A DNA stretch of 64,000 nucleotides from Balanoglossus misakiensis (Eukaryota > Animalia > Hemichordata). The notes under the pieces were generated by a model. It was not told the origin of the DNA. It saw nothing but the letters and a program-made list of their open reading frames with translations, and did not search any database. Each line of letters opens with the position of its first letter. The stretch's first letter is position 1. Below, in pieces: positions 15,801 through 28,800 of this stretch. The stretch is from positions 1,579,000-1,642,999 of the forward strand of contig CM082587.2 of NCBI GenBank assembly GCA_040954595.2, given 5' to 3'. The position numbers and the translations under genes were made by a program.

Positions 15801-16184
15801 TTTCTAAGTGAAATAGGATAGCTGTTCAATTCTGCACTAAACAGTGAATCATGATACAGTGTTGTATCAAATAATTACATGTACACTGACTACTGGTTCA
15901 TGTGTCACACTTGAAGGAGGGTTAAAGCATTGCGCAAACTTGATTAGAAAGTAGACAATAACAGATTAAAGGGGAGAAGGGTTAGGGGGATGTGACACTA
16001 CCCCAATGTGATTGATACCTGGGTGTTACACAGTAATCCTTTTAACATGTTACTGTTAATTTGTACCTGTTTCATCTTGTTGTGCTGCAGCCCTCACGTA
16101 CACTGGTCCCTGGCTTGACAGCGACACGAGCAGAACTAAGACCAGCGAGAATAACATGATGGTGACAGAATGTAGATAAACCAT
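9889..16184 (-). CDS. Putative secreted protein / prepropeptide (signal peptide, acidic Q/A/T-rich spacer, Cys-containing C-terminal part); last exon uncertain
   Basis: Exons 16184-16067 (MVYLHSVTIMLFSLVLVLLVSLSSQGPVYVRAAAQQDET), 14635-14561, 13918-13718 and 13047-12940 (DNPCTLYDFQAKENCLKNVEVRKKWNFEMYNAMSRP) have AG/GT borders, all phase 1, and splice into one open frame. The terminal exon is either 12050-12028 (DLRVFNI*) or 9953-9889 (DYCRPVSVNKKEFPRQGNCLF*). Minus-strand AATAAA near 8315-8324. Confidence 0.62.
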
Positions 16185-19100
16185 TTTCCGTCTAGGACAT
16201 CATTTGATGTCAATCACACATACAATCCACGCGGTACGGAACAGAGAACCGGGAAAACGCTTTGGAAAATATGTCACGGAGATTGATCGGAACCAAAATC
16301 GACATGGACGGCAACAAACCGCTATTGTTGGACCTTAGGTAACAGCTGTGGTCGTACACATGGAATCGTTAATTTCCCATCAGAGGGGGTTACAGCGTAC
16401 ACCTGGAGTGGACCTTTCAGAATGGGACATTCCATGAGCAACACCGATTACTTTAATTCACAATTTCCAGCTAACATTTAAGAAAAATTTACAAATTGGT
16501 ATTTCTACTTCAATTACTCTGAACTTGTCTGATGAACAGGTGAACCCACATACACCTCTACAAAAATACAAAAGTCCAACGTCATTGATACCAACGCGCG
16601 GCAGGACGAGGAAAAGCTGAAATTTCCGTCTTCCTATTTATGACGACAATTATCATGTTATTACTGGTACTTAACAACTGGATTTGGAGGAATTAGTGAC
16701 TCGGTGATGTCCAGCCTTATTCAAAGAAGTGAACTTGCAGAGCTGCTGTTTCTATAACAACCCCTCCCCCATCTCTCATATACAATGAATTTTGTACTCA
16801 AAAATGTAAAAATAGTTCTTGTTTTCTCCTCTACTCGAATATTTTCAGTAAGACCTCACCAATAGAGGTGAACACAGCTCAATACTTGTACCTTTCAGAA
16901 AATTTGTTAACAAAGCTCAAAGTTATCAATAATGAATGAACTATTTTAAGTCGCTTCCGTTTATTGATTAACTACCAATACAGCTTACCTGGATACTTAA
17001 AAGTACATGACAATTCAAGAGAGCTAAGTTTCAACTCTGTGAGAGCTGGCATATTTCAAGATCTCTTCACGTCTGTCAAGGTGATGATGCCAATGGCCAT
17101 AAATGTGCTAATGACATTGACAGATACACGTCTGAATCAACATTCTGAGCTGGGGCAATGAGAACTGTTACATCTGATTATAACAGTTGCCTTTACCATC
17201 AAACCAATTAAATATGTAACACTGAGATCAGAAGTTAGCTACATGTGAATAAAGTATATTAGTTTTTGAATGTTAAAAACACAGAAAATGTCATAGCCAT
17301 CAATAAAATCATCACACTGCCAAAAGGGAGGAACATGTCACCAATGTCTATGTATTATTAATTTAGTTCATCCAATTCAACCATATGTTTGAGATTTTAT
17401 CAGAACCATATTTTACGACAGCGCTGCTACAATGGCTGTGCCATATAGTATCTGTATTTGCATTGTGTTTAATACACTCTGACGTCACAGAAAACTCACA
17501 TACACTGAATTACAGTTTGCAAAGTACTGCTTTCAGTGTGGATTAGGAGGGGTGGTCTTTGTATGAATTTTAAGGTTGTTTGAATAACTGCTGTCCCCAC
17601 ACCATAATTAACAGCCATTTAAAAATCATGTGATGGTGGTGATTTTGTTGTTTTATCCCTTTCCTGGTTACAAATAAATAGTTTTTTTATGAAGGATGTT
17701 TTATTCGAATCCAATTCTCCTACAGGAGTATACTGAAATGATTATTGCCTAGGAGATTTCTTGACCTTCCCCATCATGAACAAGTTGCCACAGAATGTCT
17801 GAAAATAGATCAGGTTGCTCTGCGCTGTTCTCATTAACGGTGAAACCACATCCTCTTGACATTTGTAGGACTTCACGACACATATTCCAACTAATAGACT
17901 AGATAATTAGCAACTGACGGTCATATATGAGATGTCCATCATGACTATAGCAGCTCCAGAGATCCCCACACACATTTGACAGGAAACGGACTACAACCCA
18001 CGCAGTGTTCTCCCATGAACAATTAAAGAGAATCAGACGATACCCTTTATTTTGGAGAAAACAATAAAAACTGATCATAGCAAACAATTTACTATATTGT
18101 TACGAACATCAGTCGATACTGTATTAGTAATTTCTGGAGAGAACACTGCCACACAACTTCAGCTATCAAGATGGGAGGATCTTTCCAAACTTTTATCAAA
18201 GTTGAAGACAACCCCACAGAACCGAGGGAATTTTAATATCGTTTTTCTGTGTACATGTATTTCACCAAATGAAGTCACTTTCATCATGTTTATTTCAAAG
18301 TGACCCTACGCTAAAGAGCGCCCTCTAGAGTCAACGTGTGCTAATTTATCACAGGCAAAAGTACACTACACAATTCAGAACCATTTGTATAACAAGGACT
18401 AAAATGACCATTTGAATATTGTATGAGAGACTTGAAGGTTAATGATATTCAAAGTGGGTTTATACAGAATACTGAAATACTTAGCCCAAGGTCAGGTTCA
18501 TTGCTGTCTATTAATTACAATCATTCCTTTGTGTCCATCTCTGTCATATAAAAAAAAAATACTGACAACAGTATAAGTGTAAATTCCCATCAACTGAGTT
18601 TTATGATTACATGCCGTTCTCCAATATATGACTTAAATCATTCGCAGAAGACGTGATTTAATTCTGTTTGACAAGCCGCGCTGAGAGTGATCACATTATG
18701 GAAAACACTGACTGCAGGAATGAGTAATACCGACTCAATGCTGACCTTCACACATAAAATCCCTGACCTCTGTCTTTCCATGGTGAAAATGAAAATTCTG
18801 ACGCTCTGCCACTATCAGCAAATATAACAAATATTCAAATATATTGTAACAATAATTCTCAGGGTTTTATTCTTCACATTTTTTCCCTGTGATGATTTGA
18901 TGACACTATCAAGGATACAAATCAGAAGAAGGAACAGTAGAGAATTCTGTTGACATACACGTGGACAACAAAGTGACCTTTACCAAATTCTCCTAAGTAC
19001 AGAGTGCTTGTTTAATTGTCCATCTAACGACATGTGATGACATGATGTAGGCAGACCTCACTTGGAAGCAGTTGCCATGGTAGCCAGATTTAAAATTGGC

Positions 19101-19725
19101 CTCATCAATGGTTGTAAATAGATGACGCACGCACTGACTATTGAATTTGTCAATGTAAATGTTGGAAGTACGTATTTTTTATGCTGAATAGAGGAGACGT
19201 ACCTTATTGTACAAATTACAAATATTCTGATTTCTTTTTTGTATGAGGTATTTCCTTTCCTTAGCTGGTAATAATACGAAATTACACTTAATACCTCAGA
19301 GGATAGAGACTAGAAAGATCAAATTCTGCTAATGGACCAGACTACATGGATACATTAATGCACAAGGAAATGAATTCCAAAACAAATGGCAGAGTGTGAT
19401 TGAATTCATTACGTAGAATGAAAAAAACAGAAGATCAAATTATATTATGTAGACTAGTCTCCCATGCCAAATGTGGTTTCATTAACGGCAGAAATAAGCA
19501 GACAGGAAAGATGACTAAGGATCCCTACATCACTCAGCTTTCACAGTCATTTCTGCTCTGTCATAACCCATCAGGTGAATTCACCTGCAGGACATGAAAA
19601 CACCCAGTTTAATGCATTACAAGTCACACCACCAACTTTTCAATTTGAGTTCACATTGGCTTATTTCCTCTCTCTCTGCATGGTGACTGCCTCAATCAGT
19701 TTCTTGTTTTATTTGGAAATGAGAG

Positions 19726-19840
19726 AATGAACAAATGAATGAATGAATGAACAAATGAACGAACGAACGAACGAACGAACGAACGAACGAACGAACGAAC
19801 GAATGAATAAAAGAACAAACAAACAAGTGAATGAACAAAC
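19726..19840. repeat. Tetranucleotide microsatellite (GAAT/GAAC)n
   Basis: Visible run of about 11 GAAC units flanked by GAAT and AAAC units. Confidence 0.95.
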
Positions 19841-22800
19841 TAATTTTTTTCCTTTACTGTGCTTGGTTGTTCATCCCAGTGCATTTTTTTTCACTGTTTG
19901 GTATTAGTGGAATGGCAGTTAAAGCATCAGTGTGCGCTAATGCTTTAAGTTGTTATTTGCTTTCAATGAGAACTATTAGTACCAGCACAAATTGATCCTT
20001 TAAGTCTATACTTTGAAAGGAAGACTTCCGAGACGTGGATCTAAATGAAACTGCACAGCATACAATCATGAATCAATCATGCTAAATATCTGTCGACAAC
20101 CGCACTGAGAATATTTTGGCATTGCAGCTGTTAAAACATGTCTCTGCATATACATGTATATGTAACACTGCCAACGTGGCATCGACACACGCACTCAAGT
20201 TTCAACAGTAATATATTGAAGTGTCGTCTAATCACATTGCTATACTGAGCCAGCAAGAGGGGTTGACAGCTTCTAAAATTTGATGAAGTAATTTTGTCAG
20301 CTGCAATGCACTCAACCGAACTTTACAAGGACACTGAAATTTTACATAAAAGTAATATCTTGCTGCAGTGCCTAGTAAAGTGACCTTGGAGGTCATTCTG
20401 GCATAAATATTACAATTTTTCAGTTCACTTGATGTAAGATGAATTTTTAAATATAACACTGGCAAGCATATTTTAATTTTGTGTGTATTATTAATACCTA
20501 TGTAGCCATGTGTATGTGTGTCTACATGTGCATGTGTCAATCTATCATTATTTATAGATTGACACGTACACTATAGACTTGAGGTAAACAAACAGTTAAA
20601 ACCTGATTGCATCAATGTAGAATGAGTTATATGTCAACTGAAAAAGTAGAATATACAGTTTCCAATGATTCCCTTGAAAGTTCTTGATAAAATCTCTCTC
20701 AGAATTTACATCCCACACACTATTTTCAAGTGTCACCATTCTTGACTTTCTCCGTAGATGAAAACAAAACACTGGCAGTTTGACATTTTAGTTTGTACGC
20801 TGAGGGACGGGATTTAATGGAAAGGGTAAAAGAAAATATTTCTGGTGGTTTTCAATTAATGCACATTCCCTGCTCATATTTGACTCTCACAAGTAAAGTA
20901 AGACACCAAAACTGCAATCAGCACGAACCACTGAACCATTTTCTCGGCCGTTTCCATGCACTTTGCCATTTGCGTGTCTTCTCCTCAGAAACAAATTCGC
21001 CTCCACATTAAATCCATTTGAAAGGTCAGACCTTTCCATCATACAAATGCAGTGTTAATATCCCTCATCACCATTACCATGGAGATTTTTATTGTGTGTA
21101 CACCAGTGATTAGGTGCATCATATAAACGCATCATGACTTTTACACTTTGGGATAAGATCACAAAAGACATACCTATGTCGAAGTATGTAAAGTACCTCA
21201 AACTAATTTATATCATGTCTTCATATCTACACGTCCTACTTTAATGTAAAGACCTTTTGCGAGTAAGATGCTTTAGTTGTGCTAGCACGAACCAACAGAG
21301 CTCAAACAGAGTCTCAGGTGAAACGATGTACCTGATGAAGCCAGATAGAGAGATCTAAGATCAATGTGCATAAATTGCGGGGGCAGGTTACATGTAATTC
21401 CAATTTCTGAGTCAGCAGGGTATATCATCTGCTACTCAGAGAATATGGCTCTACTGTCTATATTGCACCAGTCATTATATAGAAGGCCAGTTGGACCTTG
21501 GTGCTTGAACAGAAGACACACTTTGGCTTTACTGTAGTCTATAATCTATGCATCAGTTCTCTACTTGATGAGAGCGAGAGCTCTGATACAACATTTAAAT
21601 TCTACACTTGCTGTGTTGCTTGCTGATTATGGATTGGTGATACCAGCCACACCCAACTTTAAAACTACACCTGAGCAAGGCCGACATAAACCGTCTAATG
21701 TGAACCTAGCTTCGGTTCTGTCAAACCTTGTGATTTTTTTTACACAGACAACTTGGTTAGAAATTCAGCTGGCTAATCCCAATCCCATTTCAAAGTTGCC
21801 TCCGGACACAACATAAATGATCCAGATGAGAATTGAATTAGAAAACGTTGTGATAGCTATAGTACACTACATTCACCCAGGACCTTTGAACTGCCACAAA
21901 TAACAGAATTTGTGAAATTTCAAATCCAATATCAACATGTATTTTGAATCTTTATTTGAAACTTGTCTCTGTAATTCTGTTACAGAATTACAGTAGAAAT
22001 GGCGGCTGCGTTGAAATTAAAATGAAACAAAAAACGCGAGAGAAAATTACATTTATTTCATAAAAAATATCCAATAACAATGTAACACCAGTATGAGAAT
22101 AATTATGACCAGCTAGTTTCTTTTGAATGGCAATATCTGAATGCCCATCACTTTCTGGGGTATCAATATCACAGGAAAATGCTTTTGATATTTTCAATTT
22201 GAAAAGCCATTACACGTACAATATGGCCGGGGTGAAGTGGCATGCCATATTTGATGTGCCTGATGGAATGAGCGCAAACCAATCACACATCATGTTTTTC
22301 TTTTACTGGCAGATAAAAAAAGACCATTTCATCGGTCATCATCCAGCATACAGTGAAAATTAGTTCAGTCAGAATATTGTGTTGGAGTAGAAAACCATTT
22401 GCCCTTTATGACATTGTGAAAGTGCCCACCATCCTCAAGCGTAACAGTTCTATATTTGATGTTACAGCACCCATTGTGTTTCGACACCGCAATATGTTTT
22501 GCTGGCTGCCTGGTGCATTTATAATTCACGCGATGTCACTTTCACTATGATTGAGGTCACCGCAAGAATGCCTCGTTGAGTTCATGCATGGCAGGGGACA
22601 AACTATTCTTTGCTACAGTTCTGCCACACTGAATTTGCAGGTGAAATGCCCCAAATACCAAACAATGCGAAGGTGCCTCAATTGACTATGCTATGCAGTA
22701 CAATCAGTCTTTGGATGACAATATTAGAGTCTGAGCATAGAATGTGCCATCATAATTAAAAATAAAGGAAATGTTGGAACAACTTAACTGTAACTATAAG

Positions 22801-25800
22801 TTTTATTCAGAAAATTAATAACTGCCATAGAAGTCATTATCAATTCAGCAAATAGCAAAATGTTAGATCCCATTTTTTTTCCAAAGAAATGCTCTATTAC
22901 ATTTACAAATTCTATCTGCATGTCGATAGCCAATGTACACAAACAGTGTGTACATTGGCAAACAGTAGTCGACATAACTGTTGTGTAAGCCAGTGTACCC
23001 TGTGTTATCGTTAATCAAATCTGTTCCTTTTTGATGACGCACTTTTCAGCAGGTAATGTAAGAAGGCCCACCAGGACTGCAGGATAGTTTCAGAGCTTGA
23101 CCTGCCTGTCATGTCAAGAATTGACCTCCATCATTTTCAAGCCTACATCAATTCTACAAGGCTTGCTCAATTACTAGTACAGTACATGTACCTAGTCCTT
23201 GTTTCATAGTACATGTAGTATAAAGATGTTATGTCCATTTTATACAGCACGTGAGTTGCACTATGACAACCAGTCATTGAACATTCAGTGAAAAAGACCA
23301 AAATAAGTAAGCTAACAAAAGAAACTTAAATAAGCCAAATAATGTCAAAAGTGAGTGCCTTGGTCCAATTGAAGATTTCAACTGTCATGTCAGAAAGTGA
23401 CCTGAAGACATAACATTTGAATCTCAGATATAAATCTTGCAAAGATGTGTCTTGTCTGTGATGACATTTTAATGCATTAGTTAGTAAGTTGTCAGATTAT
23501 ATTTGGTTGTTTCAAATCTCGAAGCTGTCATACACTAGCTCAGATGACAACCCCAAACAATCATAGCCAATCACACTGAATGGTGTATTGTGTGAATGAT
23601 TTCAACCCACTTGTGTTGTCATGTGGGTGGTATAATATAAGCTTCCACCCACATTTTTCTTAAAGTTCACAAAGAACTGATTATCAACAAGATTGTGAAA
23701 TGAAGAATAAATGATAAATGAGAGTTCCCAAAGTGAAGGACTCTTCTGAATTTACACTAAATTTTACTAGTACACATAATCAGTTTTACTGATAAACATT
23801 TTACCAATGCCTATACACTTTCACTGCTGGAAAAAAAAGATACAAATTCCCAAGGACTATCGATCAGCCAGAATGTAGGGATTTTTTTCTCAATCTGAAA
23901 AGAGTTTTCTCAACACTAGATGTCACGGAGATTGTGAAATGAAACTGAAGCGATGAGTTGGCAAAATCACACTACTGCTTATCAGTACTGCTGTGGGATA
24001 TCTCATCGATTTTTGCATATGTATCTAACAATATTGAATCAGCTTCCTTCCTATTGTGTGGATACAAATAGAGCTTTTCAAATGAGAGGCATTTTTTTTC
24101 CTGGAGGATTCAGGCATGAAGTCACGACTGACTGAAAAATTAACAGATTCTTCAGGGCTTGCGGGCAAATTCTTTCTCAGGTCTTATAGGCTACACAGCA
24201 TCATATCCTCCTGTTGACACTCCACTACTTGTATTCTTAATGTCTACAATGTACCGTACAGTATACAAGTCATTGAATACAGCACACATACACATGGCAA
24301 AGACCTTTACTGAAACACGTGCCGTTTTGTTTTAATTGCTAAAGCAAGACAAAAACTAACTACGGTAACCAGGCAATGCATGGCCATCAACTCCATAGAA
24401 CCAATGTTACCAAATATGTTCCATGATGATGAACAGTAAAACCTCAGGGCAAAATCAATCGTTACAAAAAAATGCCAGCGGTTGAAAGATAATGTGTCAA
24501 ACATTTTTCACTTGCTAGTACTCAAAAACGCAGTGATATCACTCTCATATCAGTAAGATTGTCTACATGCAACACTTTCAAAATAGCAGATAAGAGTTGC
24601 TGATTGGTTTTCACATGAAAACCCTGACAACAAGCCTGGGAAACCCCATAGAATGTTAGCTCATCTTTGTTTTCAATACAATTCAAGAGTCGAATCCAGA
24701 ATTCTCTACTGAGTAGATAAACGTGTAGCTAGATAAAGCATCCTAAAGGAGGCAAAAACTCCAACCACTTTGCACTCAGTATAATTTCAAATCTCTAGAG
24801 TTCAATTATACAAGCTTCTAATGATTACATGGATGACACTTGGAGATTCCTTGTAATTCTCGTGGTGCTAAACCTCACTGCTATGAAATGTCTCCCACAC
24901 CGCCTCAAATGGACACAAGTGCGGTACGGTGTCTGCTGGAGAGAGTATTTTCCAAGCCAAGATTCTGTTTTTGTGTGTGTGAACAGGGTCAGGCCACAAG
25001 AAAAATATCTCGATCAAACATCTGCAGACTCATACGAGTATCGTTCTTCCCTGTTCTTTTTGTTTTGTCTATAACATCAAACTTTACAGATGATCGTACT
25101 GGATCAGTGGCCTATTTCACCCAAGATGTAAAATGTTATGTTAGGAATGGATGGGTGAGGAAGGGATCAAATTGCCAAATAAAATATTAGTGCAAGCAGA
25201 CCAGTCCGGCACTGATGTTTCAACTTTCCCATGTTTACGTGCTGTGACGTTCCTACCCTCTATACCTACATGTACAGAACAAGAGAATCACAATCCAGCC
25301 TATATGGCAAGCAAAATGTTTGCTTAATGATGAACTAAGTGTGGATGGAAGGATATTAGAATTTCGATATTAACACTGAACAATTAGCAGTGATTAAAAC
25401 AGAAGCTTGCACTAATCCAGGATTTGTCTTATATAAGATCTGAATAACTGTCCGATTAGATATTGGCTAAGTATGATTGGAACACCAGTGTCTCATCACA
25501 AATGCCTTGAAGCAAACAGGAAGATAAAAGTTCAGACTAGTCTTCCCATGAGGCAAGTCTATAACGCGTGGGATGGTTCACATTTTGAAATGGGTCAATA
25601 CTCTCAGGATATCCAGATGGAACAGAATGTATATGGGGGTGGGATCAAAACAGATCATGCCACTACCGATGCAAAAAGTTCTCAGTATAAAGACACAAAA
25701 CTTTCAAAAACATCATTCGCCATGAAAAACATGTGACGTCTTGCTTTCAATTTAATTTACTGATTTCACATTATGTGCTGGTCGTCAGATGGAAACCGTG

Positions 25801-28800
25801 CGTTCATAAATCCCAATTCTGACCTTCATTGGAACTACTATTAATCTGAATCACTCTCTAATTCAAAACATGTCACAGTGAACAATAAAGTAGCGCAGCA
25901 AATTGGATTTCATAAACATCTTCTCCGTGCCCTCAAAGAATAAACCACAAAATGATTTTTTTTAAAAACAACCGCATGTGAAACATACTAAGAGGAATCC
26001 TGCTGCATGTTGTTCGAAGGTTTCTTAGGGATTTGTTTCTTTATTAAAAATAAAACAAAAGACTCTGTGTGTGATGTGACTGACAGAACTCGTTTGACGG
26101 CTCTGATGAGTTGATAAGACTCGTATAATAAAATATAGCATTGGTGCTGTCCCTCAAATCTACTGAGCTAGGCATTGACGTGACGTAATTTCACAGGCAC
26201 AACACGAACCAATTTCCTGTCCTCTCCTAACGAGATGAACTGATGCTGTCGACTACAAAGAAAATGTGCGTCAAACGGTAACAAGGAAATGCTGTATGAA
26301 TGAAATAGAGAACAGAAGATGATTCTGAAGATAGACTTTTTTCCATAATAAAACATTATTATCTGTGACTCAGCATGAGAAATATTTATGTCAAGCCCAG
26401 TAACAACTCTAATTTTGACTTAGTAGACACGATTGTGCTGGTACAAACTTAACACAAGCCCAATGATTCAACATCAGTCAAAAGAAACTGTCCCTGGCAA
26501 AACAGAAAAAAAGGTCTGAAAAACTAAATGCTATAAGCTGTGTTATTCTGAAATATTCAACAGCCAAATGGCAAATGGATGTAGCACACACACTCAATAA
26601 AACAGACAAGCTCACATCAAATAGCTTTCAACAAGTGCTGCTTATAACGCTCTAATGAAGATACAATATATGCAATCAGGAACTACCTCTAACTCAACAA
26701 TACTGTACTCACGCAACTAGAAAACGGCCTGTGTCACTGGGGAATATCCTACCCAATAAAGTCAGTAAATGCAATTATGGTCTACCTCAAAATACTGATT
26801 ACCATAACATAATTATGCCACAATATGAAATTGAAAGGTGTATTTGGAAAATCAAATACATGTACATGTACACATGTTTCATCTTTCTGTAAACGGGTGT
26901 GGTTTTGTTCTTTATATTCCAATATTTGATTTAAATATCAGAAACAATGGTACAAATACTGTACAATCACAGAGATGATTATTTTGAGGAAATGAATCAA
27001 TTTCCATATTGAAATATTCATGTTGCGGCTCGTCTGATTTCCTGTCCGACTCATCTCTACCTTCTCTTCAAAACTATAGCAGCTTCAATATGCTTTATTT
27101 ACAGCAGGAATTTCAGGAATTTGCAAAGGTAAATTTTGTATCATTTGGTTAGCTTGTTAATTCTCACCTCCACTTACTGTCTGGGTGGTGTCAGTGAAAG
27201 GATCTCTGGTTTCACTTCTTGCCAGAAAATTAACATTTTAGCTTTCATACTCATGTAACAAGCGTTTTACATTTCATCTGTCTATTACCACTCAGTTTTA
27301 AAGGTCTATTAGATTTCAAAATCTCAACTACTTCATCTGTCATGATCTGATAGAGTGGTTTCTGATATCCAATACGTGGAGATTAAAGTTTCTTGTGGGA
27401 TTAGAAATCGATTTCATTGCATAGTTGAAAGTGGATATCTAACAGTAAAAGCAACTTCAGCAAAAACAAATTGCACTCAAATAATGTCTCAACCCTGATG
27501 TTTTGGATGGTGTGGTTGGACCATTATGCAGCATCCAATGGGTGAAAGGGTTACACATCATGTCTATCTGTGCACCAAACATGGCAGACCAATACTGTTT
27601 GATGGATACGACGAGTATCCAACACAGCATGGGCTGTTTGTTAGTAGATCAGTTGCATCCTGGATGGCACCTGCAATAGTAGCACATGGAGCCAGCAGGA
27701 TATTTTTAATGTGTCTGGTCACAAAGGTGTCACAGTGTAAAAAATACATTCAAGCTAATGTCCAGTGACTCCACTATTATTAATGACTTATTCCCTTCTA
27801 TAGAGACCCCATTATATTTTTCAGAACTGTAAAAGTGTATGACTTGTTTAGAAGATATTTTTCTTTAAAATTATCCATCATGACCAATTTGCATTTCTAT
27901 TTTTATGACTGCATTTATCATTTTGTTCTTAAGTAAGCTCATATTTTTAGTGCAGGACAACTGGTCTGATGAAATTTGTGTTTTGCACTGATCAATGTTG
28001 TTGTCTGCAAATTTGTTTCTTGAGACTTAATTGCATTGCCTTACAAATCACTGAAGTGATCAATTTGGTGAAAGGTTCCACGGATGGGTAGTTGCTTTCA
28101 AGTCACGCTGCATGACCAGGAGAAATCCTGTTTATTTACACATTGATTTATCGTACCAAAATACTTCATATTTTCAAGCTGAAATCTCCCAATTGTTTGC
28201 AGTCCATCACAGCACATCTAAAATAAGGTTTTAAGAATTCATCTGCGATGGTAGACAACTCTCCAATTGGCTTGATTTGTGTATAAAAATGGCCTGACAG
28301 TCACAGTACATTTGAAGCAATGTGCACAACCCAAACTGAGATATGCACAATACACCTGCAGGTAAAATAACACAATACAAACACAACTTCATTGAATATT
28401 CCATCTTATGAACAAATCAATTCTTTACTTCATGCAAACTGTGGAATTGATTCATACAAAGTAGAAAATAGCCACCACTATGCCTAATAGTCTAATTTAT
28501 ATGCATACTATGCAATACAAGTGTCTCTAAATCAGGCATTTGTTGGATGAAAATCTACGATAACATTCTGTTGGACAGGTAAAGCGAAGCCTTGAACCTT
28601 AACGGAAGGCATCATTCGTATATACAGCACAGCACAGCCAATAAAGAAATAATTTCAACCTAGATACTGAAAGATATACATGTCAAAATGTAACTAATAT
28701 TTCATGGAGAACTCCTGCTGAGTTAAGTATGGGGATGCCTGAATTTCATCATTTTGAAGATGAAGGAAGGAGGCTGGGTACTTTAAAACACAGCAGGGTT

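Noticed and set aside
26713-26747. Possible minus-strand micro-exon (AG...GTGAGT)
   Set aside because: Weak acceptor, no partner exons and no recognisable peptide.
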